DNA of 64,000 nucleotides, from the NCBI GenBank assembly GCA_963729605.1, contig CAVSNY010000007.1, positions 928,001 through 992,000 on the forward strand. Reading direction: 5' to 3'. Under the pieces are notes generated by a model, which was not told the origin of the DNA, ran no database searches, and saw only the letters and a program-made list of their open reading frames with translations. The stretch comes from an uncultured Gammaproteobacteria bacterium (GTDB lineage: Bacteria; Pseudomonadota; Gammaproteobacteria; DRLM01). The position numbers and the translations under genes were made by a program. Position 1 is the stretch's first letter. Each line of letters begins with the position of its first letter. Positions 28,177 through 37,745 of the stretch are shown one piece after another.

Positions 28177-28291
28177 CTTGGCGCACTTGGCGCACTTGGC
28201 GCACTTGGCGCACTTGGCGCACTTGGCGCACTTGGCGCACTTGGCGCACTTGGCGCACTTGGCGCACTTGGCGCACTTGGCGCACTTGGCG
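28177..28291. repeat. Perfect 9-bp tandem repeat (CTTGGCGCA) x12 plus a partial copy
   Basis: Read directly; intergenic, just downstream of the 28313 stop. Confidence 0.95.
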
Positions 28292-28312
28292 TCTTGCGGT
28301 TGATGAGTTTGT

Positions 28313-30301
28313 TTACGACCGATCGATCATCAGTTCTTCCAGCGATTTGCGGGTGGAGCGGGAGGCGGGCGCGGTGCCGGCGCCGATGCGGCCCATGAAG
28401 ACCGCGCGCCGGCTCAATTCCACGCCTACCACCTCTTCCAATTGCCGGCTCACCCGTTGCGCGCGTGCCCAGCTCTTGTCGCTCTGGGTGAAACGCAGGC
28501 CTTTTCTCACGTAGTCGGCGAAGATCAGCGGGGTCATTTCCGGTTGCACGTGTAATCCCTGTTGCGTGGCGGTGAGCCAGAAGCGCTGGACGGCGCGGCC
28601 GGCCGTCACGTAGTCGTCGATACTGGTGGGCGGTTGTTGCGCGATGATGACGAAATGCGCGGCGCAGCGCAGTGCGGGAATCACGTCCAATTGTAGACGC
28701 GGCATCAAGGTGCCGGCGAGATAGCGATTGAGAAAGGTGACCCGCTCCCATTTTTGCAGCGTCCATTCCATGAGGCGGGTGGTGAGCGGATCGAGGCCGA
28801 CGGCTTGGTCGGGGATGCGGTCGGGGCTGAATTGGCTGCGCCATTCGATCACGCGGCGATGTACCTCGAAGGCCTCGGGGATGGTGAGGCGGATGGCGGC
28901 ATTGGCGGAGGTCAGGCGCGCCATGGCGAGTTTCTTTCGAGACTGGTCCAGCCATAACACGTGAAAGGCGGGTTTCACCGCGGTTTGCAGCGCCGCCCGT
29001 TCATGGCGGGTCAGCGGCCGGGTGCTGAGGGCGCGGCGCTGGGTGCTGCGCACGCGGATATAAGGCAGCAAGGGATCGGTGCCCGTGTGCAGATCGGCGC
29101 CGAGGGTCACGTCGAAAGTGGGTCGCGTATCCGGGGCATCGGTCCGCCGATTGATGTTGACGCTCAGTCCCTCGCCGCTGGCGGCGATGGTGAGGGTCTC
29201 CAGCAAGGCACCCAGCGCGATCTGGCTGGCGTGGCCTTCCAAGTCGTAGACCACGTGGTCGCGGGTGTCGAAGCCGTGAACGACGATGCGGCGCGGATCG
29301 CGGATTTCGAAACGCCAAGGTTGAGTGTTGTCGCCGCTGGGCGCCCAGCGTGCCAGGTTTAAAATACGTTCCGCGGTGCTGAGGCGTGGCGCCGGCGCCG
29401 GGGGAGGTCGCTCGCGCTCGCGGGCGCCGAATTGTTTGCGCGCGATGTGCAGGGCGAGGCGTTGCAGGGGGTGGCGGTTGCCGCCGGGACGCCAGGTTTT
29501 GGCCAGCTTGTTGCGATAGGCGTCGAAGTGCAGGCCGTAAGGTGCGGCCAAGACCTTGCCGCGATGCAGCAGCAACTTCAATGCCTGGGTGGCGGCCACC
29601 CCGGCGCACAGATCGCAGGCCATGGGCGTCGACGGGCCGCGATGGCGGGCGAGGTCCACCGTGCTCGGGTCCACCAGATAGCCGCGTTGCGGCATGGCGG
29701 GGGAGAGGCCTAGCAAAAAACGCAGCAGTTGTTCGTCTTCCGATTGGCCCGCCAGGTCGAAATAGTCTTCGAAACTCATGCCCCCCGGTACAAAAGTGAG
29801 CAGCGCCGCGCCCATGCCCAGCGGCGCGGCGGTGATCGCCGGGATGCCGGCCTCCGCGCACGCGGCGAACATGGCGCGGCGGATGTCTATCGCGAAGAAG
29901 TCGAGGCCGTCGACGTAGAGGTCCACCCCAGCGAGAAAGGCCGGCAGATTGGCGGTGCTGACGCCCTCGGGAAAGATGCGGAGATCGAGTTCGGGATTGA
30001 TGTCGCGGGCCAGGCGCGCGAGCACCTCGGCCTTGGGTTGTTGCAAGGTGGAGCAGGCCGCGCCCACTTGGCGGTTGAAGTTGGCCAATTCGAAGTGGTC
30101 GAAGTCGGCGATGTGAAACGCACCCACCCCCAGACGGGTAAGGGTGAGTAGATGGCTGCCGCCCACCCCGCCCATGCCGGCGATGGCGATGCGTTTGTGG
30201 CGCAAGATGGTTTGTTCGTCCCGCGTGATCCAGCCGGTGTTGCGGGAAAACGCGAGGCCGTAATCAAAATCGGCGCGTATCGGGTGAGTCTCTTGAGGCA
30301 A
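28313..30301 (-). CDS. ThiF-family adenylyltransferase fused to a nitroreductase-like domain (oxazolone synthetase OxzB architecture)
   Basis: FSRNTGW, IAIAGMGGVG, ADFDHFELANFNRQ, K-AEV, VDGLD; C-terminal half ARWAPSGDNTQPWRF, AGRAVQRFWLTAT..GL. Confidence 0.88.
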   Translation of the reverse strand: MPQETHPIRADFDYGLAFSRNTGWITRDEQTILRHKRIAIAGMGGVGGSHLLTLTRLGVGAFHIADFDHFELANFNRQVGAACSTLQQPKAEVLARLARDINPELDLRIFPEGVSTANLPAFLAGVDLYVDGLDFFAIDIRRAMFAACAEAGIPAITAAPLGMGAALLTFVPGGMSFEDYFDLAGQSEDEQLLRFLLGLSPAMPQRGYLVDPSTVDLARHRGPSTPMACDLCAGVAATQALKLLLHRGKVLAAPYGLHFDAYRNKLAKTWRPGGNRHPLQRLALHIARKQFGARERERPPPAPAPRLSTAERILNLARWAPSGDNTQPWRFEIRDPRRIVVHGFDTRDHVVYDLEGHASQIALGALLETLTIAASGEGLSVNINRRTDAPDTRPTFDVTLGADLHTGTDPLLPYIRVRSTQRRALSTRPLTRHERAALQTAVKPAFHVLWLDQSRKKLAMARLTSANAAIRLTIPEAFEVHRRVIEWRSQFSPDRIPDQAVGLDPLTTRLMEWTLQKWERVTFLNRYLAGTLMPRLQLDVIPALRCAAHFVIIAQQPPTSIDDYVTAGRAVQRFWLTATQQGLHVQPEMTPLIFADYVRKGLRFTQSDKSWARAQRVSRQLEEVVGVELSRRAVFMGRIGAGTAPASRSTRKSLEELMIDRS

Positions 30302-30534
30302 GGTCCGGTGCCTCCCTGGCGTTTTGCTGTGCTTGTGTCACACTGTAACGGCTATGGTTCGACTCACTCAAGGGGATGTGAGGCCGATCACAACTCTACA
30401 GTGCGTTGAGTGAATAATTAATAAAACGTGAACGGGGTCGCTGACGCGGGCTCTTTTAACCTTGCACCATACGATCTCAAGTGTAAACGGGTTTTAGCCA
30501 TGGTGATATGGCGCAGCGGAAAGGGGCAGCCGTT

Positions 30535-31347
30535 ATGGACGCATTGGCGGATAACTTCGCGCGGTTTTTCGACGTTAAACCGGTGGTCACCGATGAGCAG
30601 CTGCGGCTGGCCATGGAATTGCGTTATCAAGTGTATTGCCTGGAAACCGGCTTTGAAGACGTCAATCAGCATCCCGGCGGCATGGAGCGCGACGAGTTCG
30701 ACAGTCGTGCGGTCCACAGTTTGTTGATCCATCGCGCCAGCGGGATAGTGGCCGGCACGGTGCGCCTGGTGCTGCCCGAGCCCACGAATCCGCAGGCGTT
30801 GTTTCCCATCGAAAAGCATTGCGGAGACGCGGTGCAGCGACCGGTTGCCGCCGCGGCGCGGGGCCGGGTCGCGGAGATTTCCCGTTTCTGCATCTCCAAG
30901 GAATTTAAGCGGCGCATGGCCGAACCGCATACCCTGTGGGGCAGTGTCGAAGGTTTGGGCGAGGAGGATATGAGCGAGCGTCGCTTGATCCCGCACATCA
31001 CCGTCGGGCTCTTTACCGCCATCGTACGCATGAGCGCGCAACATGGGATCCGGTATTGGTATGCGGTGATGGAGCCGTCGCTGCTGCGTCTGCTGAAACG
31101 TTTCGGCATCCACTTCACGCTCATCGGTCCCGCGGTGGAATACCATGGCGCGCGGCAACCCTGTTTTGCCGATGCCGATGAGGTGCTGGCCGAGATGCGG
31201 CGGGTCGCCCTCCCGGTGTGGGAATTGATTACCGAAGGGGGGCGTCTCTGGCCGGGGGATACTACCCAGCATCGGGAGACGAGTCCTGAACACACGGTTT
31301 GGCCGCTGCCATTTGGTGGAGGTAACTATGTCCTCGCGGGAGGGTGA
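30535..31347 (+). CDS. PEP-CTERM/exosortase system-associated GNAT acyltransferase (N-acyl amino acid synthase family)
   Basis: LRYQVYCLE, ERDEFD..AVHSL, GTVRLV, AEISRFCISKEFKRR, YAVMEPSL.RLL, GPAVEYHG.RQP. Confidence 0.88.
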   Translation: MDALADNFARFFDVKPVVTDEQLRLAMELRYQVYCLETGFEDVNQHPGGMERDEFDSRAVHSLLIHRASGIVAGTVRLVLPEPTNPQALFPIEKHCGDAVQRPVAAAARGRVAEISRFCISKEFKRRMAEPHTLWGSVEGLGEEDMSERRLIPHITVGLFTAIVRMSAQHGIRYWYAVMEPSLLRLLKRFGIHFTLIGPAVEYHGARQPCFADADEVLAEMRRVALPVWELITEGGRLWPGDTTQHRETSPEHTVWPLPFGGGNYVLAGG

Positions 31348-31576
31348 GCGGGTCGGGCAGGGTACGTGGAGGACGCGCTTCTGGACTTCAAATTAAATTG
31401 TGCACGGGGAATGAGTCCCCCGCGCTTGCTCGAGGGGGAGAACCGCGCCCCGCTACGCTGTCCTCCTTGAAAGTCCCCCTCGCCTGTCCATGCGGCGAGC
31501 CGCAAGTTTAAAATTAATATAAATCAATAAATTACTATATTTCTTAGCCTGATCTGGGAAAGTCGGCTTTAAAACG

Positions 31577-31614
31577 TGAGCATTTCGGCCGTCCCCGCGG
31601 CTTCGAAATGCTCA
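31577..31614. other. Inverted repeat upstream of the EPS operon
   Basis: TGAGCATTTCG...CGAAATGCTCA, 11-bp perfect arms with additional GCCG/CGGC pairing inside. Confidence 0.55.
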
Positions 31615-31757
31615 TGCCTTCCGCAAGGTTTTTTGCAAACGCCCCCTGACTGTAGGAACAGGGACTTGCTATAATCCGGCGCTCGCCTTAGCCGATAACG
31701 TCAGCAACAATACAAGGCTATTCTTAGCAGTAGCCTTCCCATCTCGAGAGTGATGCC

Positions 31758-32405
31758 GTGAAAAGACTGCAATCCATGATTCAAAATCTATTGGTTCTCG
31801 CGTTGTTTGCGGGGTTGGGGGCCTTGAGCGGCTGCGCGACTTCACATGCGCCTCTGCCGCCGTCCTTAGGGGCGCAACCTTCCACCTCGGATCCGGAGCG
31901 GTATAACTATTTAATCGGTCCGGGTGATTCCTTGAATATCTTCGTGTGGCGCAATCCCGAAGTTTCCACCACGGTCACGGTGCGGCCGGATGGGATGATC
32001 AATACCCCGCTGGTGGAAGATATGCCGGTCAGCGGTAAAACCCCATCGCAGGTCGCGCGGGATGTGGAGCGGCAATTGGCGAAGTTCATCAAGGATCCGA
32101 TCGTGACGGTCATGATGGGCGGTTTCGTCGGACCCTACAGCGAGCAGATTCGGGTAGTGGGCGAGGCGGCCCGGCCGCAAGCCTTGCCCTATCGTCAACG
32201 CATGACCTTGCTGGATGTGATGATCTCCGTGGGCGGATTGACGCCGTTCGCCGCCGGCAACCGCGCCAGCATCGTGCGTTTCGTCGGAGGAGAACAGCGG
32301 CAATTCAGCGTCCGCATTGAAGATCTGATCCGTGACGGAGATATTAGCGCTAATGTCGACATACTTCCGGGCGATACATTAATTATTCCGGAATCCTGGT
32401 TCTAA
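31758..32405 (+). CDS. XrtA/PEP-CTERM polysaccharide export lipoprotein (Wza-like)
   Basis: Lipobox LSGC, YLIGPGDSLNIFVWRNPE, VRPDG.I..PL, GGLTPFAAGN, PGDTLIIPESWF. Confidence 0.92.
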   Translation: MKRLQSMIQNLLVLALFAGLGALSGCATSHAPLPPSLGAQPSTSDPERYNYLIGPGDSLNIFVWRNPEVSTTVTVRPDGMINTPLVEDMPVSGKTPSQVARDVERQLAKFIKDPIVTVMMGGFVGPYSEQIRVVGEAARPQALPYRQRMTLLDVMISVGGLTPFAAGNRASIVRFVGGEQRQFSVRIEDLIRDGDISANVDILPGDTLIIPESWF

Positions 32406-32449
32406 CGGGGCCGCCGGACCAGACAACCCGCCTCAAGGGATCATCGTCG

Positions 32450-34030
32450 ATGCAAGATGTTATTGCGCAAATTCTCCAGCACGTTCGCGCGACGTGGCGC
32501 TATCGCTGGTACATGGTGCTGGTCGCCTGGCCGATCTGCGTGGCCGGCTGGATATTCGTGCAAAATCTGCCCGATCAATATCAGGCCTCCGCGCGGATGT
32601 TTCTGGACACGAAATCCATCCTCAAGCCTTTATTAAAAGGGTTGACCGTGGACTCCAACGCCCAGTCCGAAGTCCAGTTGATGAACCGCACCATCCTGAG
32701 CCGTCCCAATATGGAGAAGGTGGCGCGCATGACCGATCTGGATATCGGGGCGAAAACCCCGGAGCAGATGGATGCCTTGATCAATAGATTGATCTCCAGG
32801 ATCAACATCCAAGATACCCGGCGGCAGGCGGGTTTGTTCCATATCACTTACGAGGACGAGAATCCTCAGGTGGCCAAACGGGTCGTCCAGGCCATCCTCA
32901 CCATTTTCATGGAGAGCAGTCTCGGCGAAACCCGCAAGGATACCGATAGCGCCCAACGCTTTCTTGACGAGCAAATTAAGGAATACGAGGCGCGTTTGGT
33001 GGCGTCGGAAACCCGGCTTACGGAATTCAAGCGCGAAAACCTGGGGCGCATGCCCAGCCAAGGCCGCGATTATTATGAAAACCTCCAAATAGCGATCAGT
33101 GATTTGGAGCAGGCGCAGCTGCAATTGCAAGAAGCGGAAAACCGCCGGAAGGAATTGCAGCGTCAGATGGAGGACAATGAAACCCCCTTGTTCGGAATGG
33201 GGCCGGTTTCCGCGGCGAGCGGGACGCCGGTGTTGGACGCCCGTATCCAGAATTTGCAGGCGCGCCTGGATGAATTGCTGCTTAAATTCACCGAGCGGCA
33301 TCCCGATGTCCAGGCCGTCAAAACCACCATCGCGGATTTGGAAAAACAACGCGCCGAGGTGGTGGCGACCCAGGCGCAATCCGCAAGCGCGGCGCCCGCG
33401 GACGATGCGGTGATGAATAATCCCTTCCAGGCGCAAATGCGCTTGGCCTTGAGCGAGGCCGAAGCCAACGCCGCCTCTTTGAAGGCGCGGGTGAGCACCT
33501 ATCGCAAGCGGGTTGACGAATTCAAGAGACTGGTCAACATCATTCCCGAAGTTGAAGCGCAATTAAAACAATTGAATCGCGATTACGACGTTACCAAGAG
33601 CAATTACGAAACGCTGCTGGCGCGCCGCGAATCGGCCGCCATCTCCCAGCAATTGGATCAAAGCGCGGAAGTAGTGAAGTTTCGCGTGGTGGATCCGCCC
33701 TACGTGCCGGGTGCGCCGTCCGGTCCCAATCGGCCGTTATTGATTTCCGGTGTATTGTTGGGCGGTATCGCCGCCGGCATCGTCTTCGCGTTTTTCTTGG
33801 CGCAGTTGAATCCCACTTTTAACAGCCGCCGCACGCTGATGGAGGTGACGGGGCTGCCGGTGCTGGGCGGTGTCTCGATGATTTGGACGGCGGCGCAGAT
33901 TCGCAGGAAACGTTTCGAACTGCTTGGATTCTCGGCCTTGGTGGGAATCTTGGTGGCGCTTTATGGCGGCATCATGGCCGTCCAGATGCTGGATATCAAT
34001 ATCGTGTCCCAAATAAAAGCCCTAATCTAG
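32450..34030 (+). CDS. XrtA-system polysaccharide chain-length determinant (Wzc N-terminal/GumC-like)
   Basis: WRYRW + TM, LPDQYQASAR, TERHPDV, LNRDY, FRVVDPP, SGPNR + TMs. Confidence 0.92.
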   Translation: MQDVIAQILQHVRATWRYRWYMVLVAWPICVAGWIFVQNLPDQYQASARMFLDTKSILKPLLKGLTVDSNAQSEVQLMNRTILSRPNMEKVARMTDLDIGAKTPEQMDALINRLISRINIQDTRRQAGLFHITYEDENPQVAKRVVQAILTIFMESSLGETRKDTDSAQRFLDEQIKEYEARLVASETRLTEFKRENLGRMPSQGRDYYENLQIAISDLEQAQLQLQEAENRRKELQRQMEDNETPLFGMGPVSAASGTPVLDARIQNLQARLDELLLKFTERHPDVQAVKTTIADLEKQRAEVVATQAQSASAAPADDAVMNNPFQAQMRLALSEAEANAASLKARVSTYRKRVDEFKRLVNIIPEVEAQLKQLNRDYDVTKSNYETLLARRESAAISQQLDQSAEVVKFRVVDPPYVPGAPSGPNRPLLISGVLLGGIAAGIVFAFFLAQLNPTFNSRRTLMEVTGLPVLGGVSMIWTAAQIRRKRFELLGFSALVGILVALYGGIMAVQMLDINIVSQIKALI

Positions 34031-34044
34031 GTGAAGTTGCCGCT

Positions 34045-34977
34045 ATGAGTACTATAGAAAGGGCGATACAAAAACTGGGTCAATCCGCCAAAGGCCCCCA
34101 AGACGACTCGGTGTCGGAGACGCTCCCCCCCGTCGCCATCCCGGAAGCCGTCTCCGCGCCGCGAGTGAATGGGGACGTGGCGCCGCTCCCCGAGCTCGGC
34201 GTGGAGATACCCGGTGCGGATGAGCGCGACGGCGACGAGTCGGTATCGCGCATTCAGTTGGATTATGAGAACTTGAGCTCCCTGGGCATGGTGACGCCGG
34301 ACGGCGAGCGCAGTCAGGTGGCGGAGGAATACCGCCACATCAAGCGTCCCTTGTTGTTGAACGCCTTCGGCGAAGGGGCGCTGCCGAATAGTAATCGCAA
34401 TCTGATCATGGTGTGCAGCGCCCGGCCGCACGAAGGCAAGACCTTTACCGCCATCAACCTGGCGCTGAGCATCGCCCTGGAACGGGACCGCACGGTGTTG
34501 CTGGTGGACGCCGATGTGGCGAAACCCTCGGTGTCGCGGGTGTTGAATTTTCCCGGCACCGCCGGTCTGGTGGATTTTCTCGCCGATCCTCACCGCCGTC
34601 TCGCCGATTTGATCCTGCAAACCAATGTGCCCAAGCTGCGCATCTTGCCGGCGGGGCGCCGCCATAGCCATTCCACCGAGTTGTTGGGCAGCGACGGCAT
34701 GCAGGCCTTGGCGCAAGAACTTTCCGACCGTTATCCCGACCGGGTGGTGATTTTCGATTCGCCGCCCTTGCTGGCCACGAGTGAGGCCGCGGTGCTCGCC
34801 GGTTTGATGGGCCAAGTGGTCATGGTGGTGGAGGCGGAGAAGACCAAGCGTGAAGAATTGAAAGAGGCCTTGGCCTTGTTTAAGCCGGATCAATATATCG
34901 GTTTAGTGTTGAATAAGAGCGATCGTCCCTTTGGGGCGGAGTATTATTACGGATCTTACAGTTCATACGGCGAATAG
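34045..34977 (+). CDS. XrtA-associated tyrosine autokinase (Wzc C-terminal)
   Basis: AEEYRHIKRPLL, SARPHEGKTF, VLLVDAD, IFDSPPLL, Tyr-rich tail YYYGSYSSY. Confidence 0.92.
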   Translation: MSTIERAIQKLGQSAKGPQDDSVSETLPPVAIPEAVSAPRVNGDVAPLPELGVEIPGADERDGDESVSRIQLDYENLSSLGMVTPDGERSQVAEEYRHIKRPLLLNAFGEGALPNSNRNLIMVCSARPHEGKTFTAINLALSIALERDRTVLLVDADVAKPSVSRVLNFPGTAGLVDFLADPHRRLADLILQTNVPKLRILPAGRRHSHSTELLGSDGMQALAQELSDRYPDRVVIFDSPPLLATSEAAVLAGLMGQVVMVVEAEKTKREELKEALALFKPDQYIGLVLNKSDRPFGAEYYYGSYSSYGE

Positions 34978-34983
34978 GCGGGG

Positions 34984-36537
34984 ATGATGCAGGGGGGCAC
35001 TTACAGCGGCGCGCGGCCGGCGTGGCGAGGGTATGCTTGGCGGGGCTTTCCGTTGGCGTTGGCCATGACGGTGGGTGGACAGGCCGCCAGCGCGGGCGAA
35101 TGGCGCCTCAACACCTATCTGGATTTCGCCGAGGTCTATACCGACAACGTCTCGCTGGCGCCGGCCGGCGCCGAGGAGGGCGAATTCATCACCCAGATCA
35201 GGCCCGGCGTCTCGCTGAACGGCCAAAGTGGCCGCGCCAAACTGGATTTGAACTACCGTTTGCAAAATTTGATTTATGGGCACGACGTCACCCGCAATAA
35301 TTCCAATCATCAGTTGCTCGCCAAGGGCAATCTCGAGGTCGCCAAGGAATGGCTTTTCGTCGACGCCAGAAGTTCCATCAGCCAACAAATCGTCGACGCC
35401 GACCGCAGCGTGCCGCTCGATAATTTCAACGTGGGCAATCGGGCCGACGTGATCACCTACGGCGTCAGTCCTTACCTCAAGTTGCGCCTCGGTTCTTATG
35501 TGGCCGGTGAAATGCGTTATGCGATAGACCGCGTGGAAAATCAAAGCAACGCGCTTTCCGATCTGGAAACCACGCAATACATGGCCAATTTGAATAACGG
35601 GCCGAGTTTTAACCGGCTCACGTGGGGGATGAAATTCAGCCGTAATGAAATGAACCGCGAGTCCGGGCCGGATTCCTTACGTGAGAATGGCGTCGCGGTC
35701 GCCCGCTATCGCGTTCACCAAACCTTCAATGCCTTGGCGCGCGGCGGTTATGAAAACAACGACCTAGTGACCACCCGCAGCATCGAAGACGGCAGTTATT
35801 GGAGCGTGGGCGGCGAATGGTTGCCCAGCCGCCATTTCACCCTGTCGGCCACCGCCGGCGAAAATAATTGGGATGCCGATGTCTACCTGCGGCCCACCGT
35901 GCGCACCCAATTGCACGTGGGTTATCAAGACCTCGAGGTGGGCCTCAATCCGGGCGGCGTCTGGACCGCCGATTTTACGCACCATACCCGGCGCAGTACC
36001 TGGCGGCTGGGTTATTTTGAAGAGAGCACCAGCACCCAGACCCTGCAGCTCACCGACCAGCAATTCTTTTTGATAGTCGATCCCAATGGAAATCTGGTCA
36101 TCGATCCGCGCACCGGTTTCCCGGTGGTGATCGTCAATAATATCTTCGCCCTGACCGATGAAGAATTCATTCGCCGGCGTTTTCAAGGCAGCGTTACCTG
36201 GAAAAGCGGCAAAAGTGATTTTGTGCTGGGTGCCTACAATGAGCAGCGTGAGTTCGAGATCAGCAATAATTCGGAAGATGCCCTCGGGGCCAACGCCTCC
36301 TGGATTTGGCGTTTGAAGCCGCGTACCCAATCCATCCTGGGCGGCGGTTGGCAGCATCGTAATCCGGCCGGCACCCATGAAGCGGACCAGACGTGGTATG
36401 CCTCATTGGGATTTAATCGCACCATCTCCCAGGATGTGAATTCCTCTTTGGAATTCCGTCACACCGAGCGGGACGGCGCCAGCGGCAACGATTACAACGA
36501 AAACCGGCTGACCTTACAGTTGAATATGCGTTTTTAA
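34984..36537 (+). CDS. PEP-CTERM system-associated outer-membrane beta-barrel protein
   Basis: Signal peptide, EVYTDNV, SPY, YNENRL...MRF C-terminus; conserved position after the kinase in XrtA loci. Confidence 0.85.
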   Translation: MMQGGTYSGARPAWRGYAWRGFPLALAMTVGGQAASAGEWRLNTYLDFAEVYTDNVSLAPAGAEEGEFITQIRPGVSLNGQSGRAKLDLNYRLQNLIYGHDVTRNNSNHQLLAKGNLEVAKEWLFVDARSSISQQIVDADRSVPLDNFNVGNRADVITYGVSPYLKLRLGSYVAGEMRYAIDRVENQSNALSDLETTQYMANLNNGPSFNRLTWGMKFSRNEMNRESGPDSLRENGVAVARYRVHQTFNALARGGYENNDLVTTRSIEDGSYWSVGGEWLPSRHFTLSATAGENNWDADVYLRPTVRTQLHVGYQDLEVGLNPGGVWTADFTHHTRRSTWRLGYFEESTSTQTLQLTDQQFFLIVDPNGNLVIDPRTGFPVVIVNNIFALTDEEFIRRRFQGSVTWKSGKSDFVLGAYNEQREFEISNNSEDALGANASWIWRLKPRTQSILGGGWQHRNPAGTHEADQTWYASLGFNRTISQDVNSSLEFRHTERDGASGNDYNENRLTLQLNMRF

Positions 36538-36548
36538 GGAAATCGCCC

Positions 36549-37745
36549 ATGTATGAAGCGTTTTATCAATTAAAAGCCCGCCCGTTCCAGCTCAGCCCCG
36601 ATCCGAGGTTTTTTTACGGCAGCCCCGGCCACAAGCGCGCCATGTCGTATCTGCGTTATGGCTTGACGCAGGGCGAGGGATTTATCGTGATCACCGGCGA
36701 GATCGGTACCGGCAAGACCATGCTGGTACGGACTTTGTTCGCCGACCTCGCGAAGGAAAACGTGGTGGCGGCGCAGCTGGTCACCACCCAGCTGGAGGCC
36801 GACGATACCCTGCGCATGGTCGCCGCCAGTTTCGGCCTCGCCCACGAGGGGTTGGAGAAGGCCACCATTCTCAAGAATCTCGAGACCTTCATGATGGCGC
36901 GTGCCCGTGAAGGCAAGCGCGTGCTGCTGCTGGTGGACGAGGCGCAGAACCTGCCGCCGCGGTCCCTGGAGGAATTGCGCATGTTGTCCAATTTCCAGTT
37001 GGGCGGCCGGGTGTTGTTCCAAAGTTTCCTGCTCGGCCAGGCGGAATTCCGCAACACGCTGCAGGCCAAGAGTCTGGAACAGCTGCGGCAGCGGGTGATC
37101 GCGGCCTATCATCTCGAACCGCTGGACGCCGCCCAGACCCGCGCCTACATCGAGCACCGTCTCAATACCGTGGGCTGGAAGGGCGACCCCAAGTTCGCCG
37201 ACGAATCCTATGCGGTGATCCATCAGCATTCCGGCGGCATTCCGCGGCGTATCAACACCCTCTGTGATCGCCTGATGCTGTTCGGCTGCCTGGAAGAAAT
37301 CCACGACTTCCCCGCCGAGCGGGTCAACACGGTGATCGCCGAATTGCAGAACGAGAGCGCCGGCAAACCGGCCGGGTCCGCCGAAGAAGAGTCGGCGGAA
37401 CAGCCCGTGGTGAAAGCGCCGCCCGCCGTGGCCGACGCGCCGGCCGCGTCCGCCACGCCGGCGCCCGCCGCGGCCAAGACGCCGCCGCCGGCCGCCACCG
37501 GCGCCGCGCCGTTGAAGGGCGTGCCGCGCCCGGCTGCCGCGGCGCCCGCCGCCGCGTCCAAACCCGCAACGGCGAAACCCGCCACCGCCGCCGCGCCGAA
37601 TGAAGCGCCGGCCGCCGCGGCCGACATGGAAACCCGCGTCGCCATTTTGGAGAAACGGGTCGCGCTCCTGGAAGAAGGGCTCAAACGCGAACGGGCTCGT
37701 CTGCGCCGGGCCATATTGCTCAGCGACGAGTTCGGAGGCGTTTGA
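36549..37745 (+). CDS. XrtA/PEP-CTERM-associated ExeA-like AAA ATPase
   Basis: MYEAFYQL..PFQLSPDP, GEIGTGKT, VDEAQNL, LEELRMLSN, GGIPRRIN; Ala/Pro-rich linker near the C-terminus. Confidence 0.92.
   Translation: MYEAFYQLKARPFQLSPDPRFFYGSPGHKRAMSYLRYGLTQGEGFIVITGEIGTGKTMLVRTLFADLAKENVVAAQLVTTQLEADDTLRMVAASFGLAHEGLEKATILKNLETFMMARAREGKRVLLLVDEAQNLPPRSLEELRMLSNFQLGGRVLFQSFLLGQAEFRNTLQAKSLEQLRQRVIAAYHLEPLDAAQTRAYIEHRLNTVGWKGDPKFADESYAVIHQHSGGIPRRINTLCDRLMLFGCLEEIHDFPAERVNTVIAELQNESAGKPAGSAEEESAEQPVVKAPPAVADAPAASATPAPAAAKTPPPAATGAAPLKGVPRPAAAAPAAASKPATAKPATAAAPNEAPAAAADMETRVAILEKRVALLEEGLKRERARLRRAILLSDEFGGV

Noticed and set aside
28059-28955. ORF with (PSA)n repeats
   Set aside because: It is an alternative frame of the ThiF-nitroreductase gene reading through the 9-bp VNTR, with no protein-like content.
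31655-31670. Possible sigma-54 site upstream of the Wza-like gene
   Set aside because: Spacing is GG-N11-GC and there is no TGGC.
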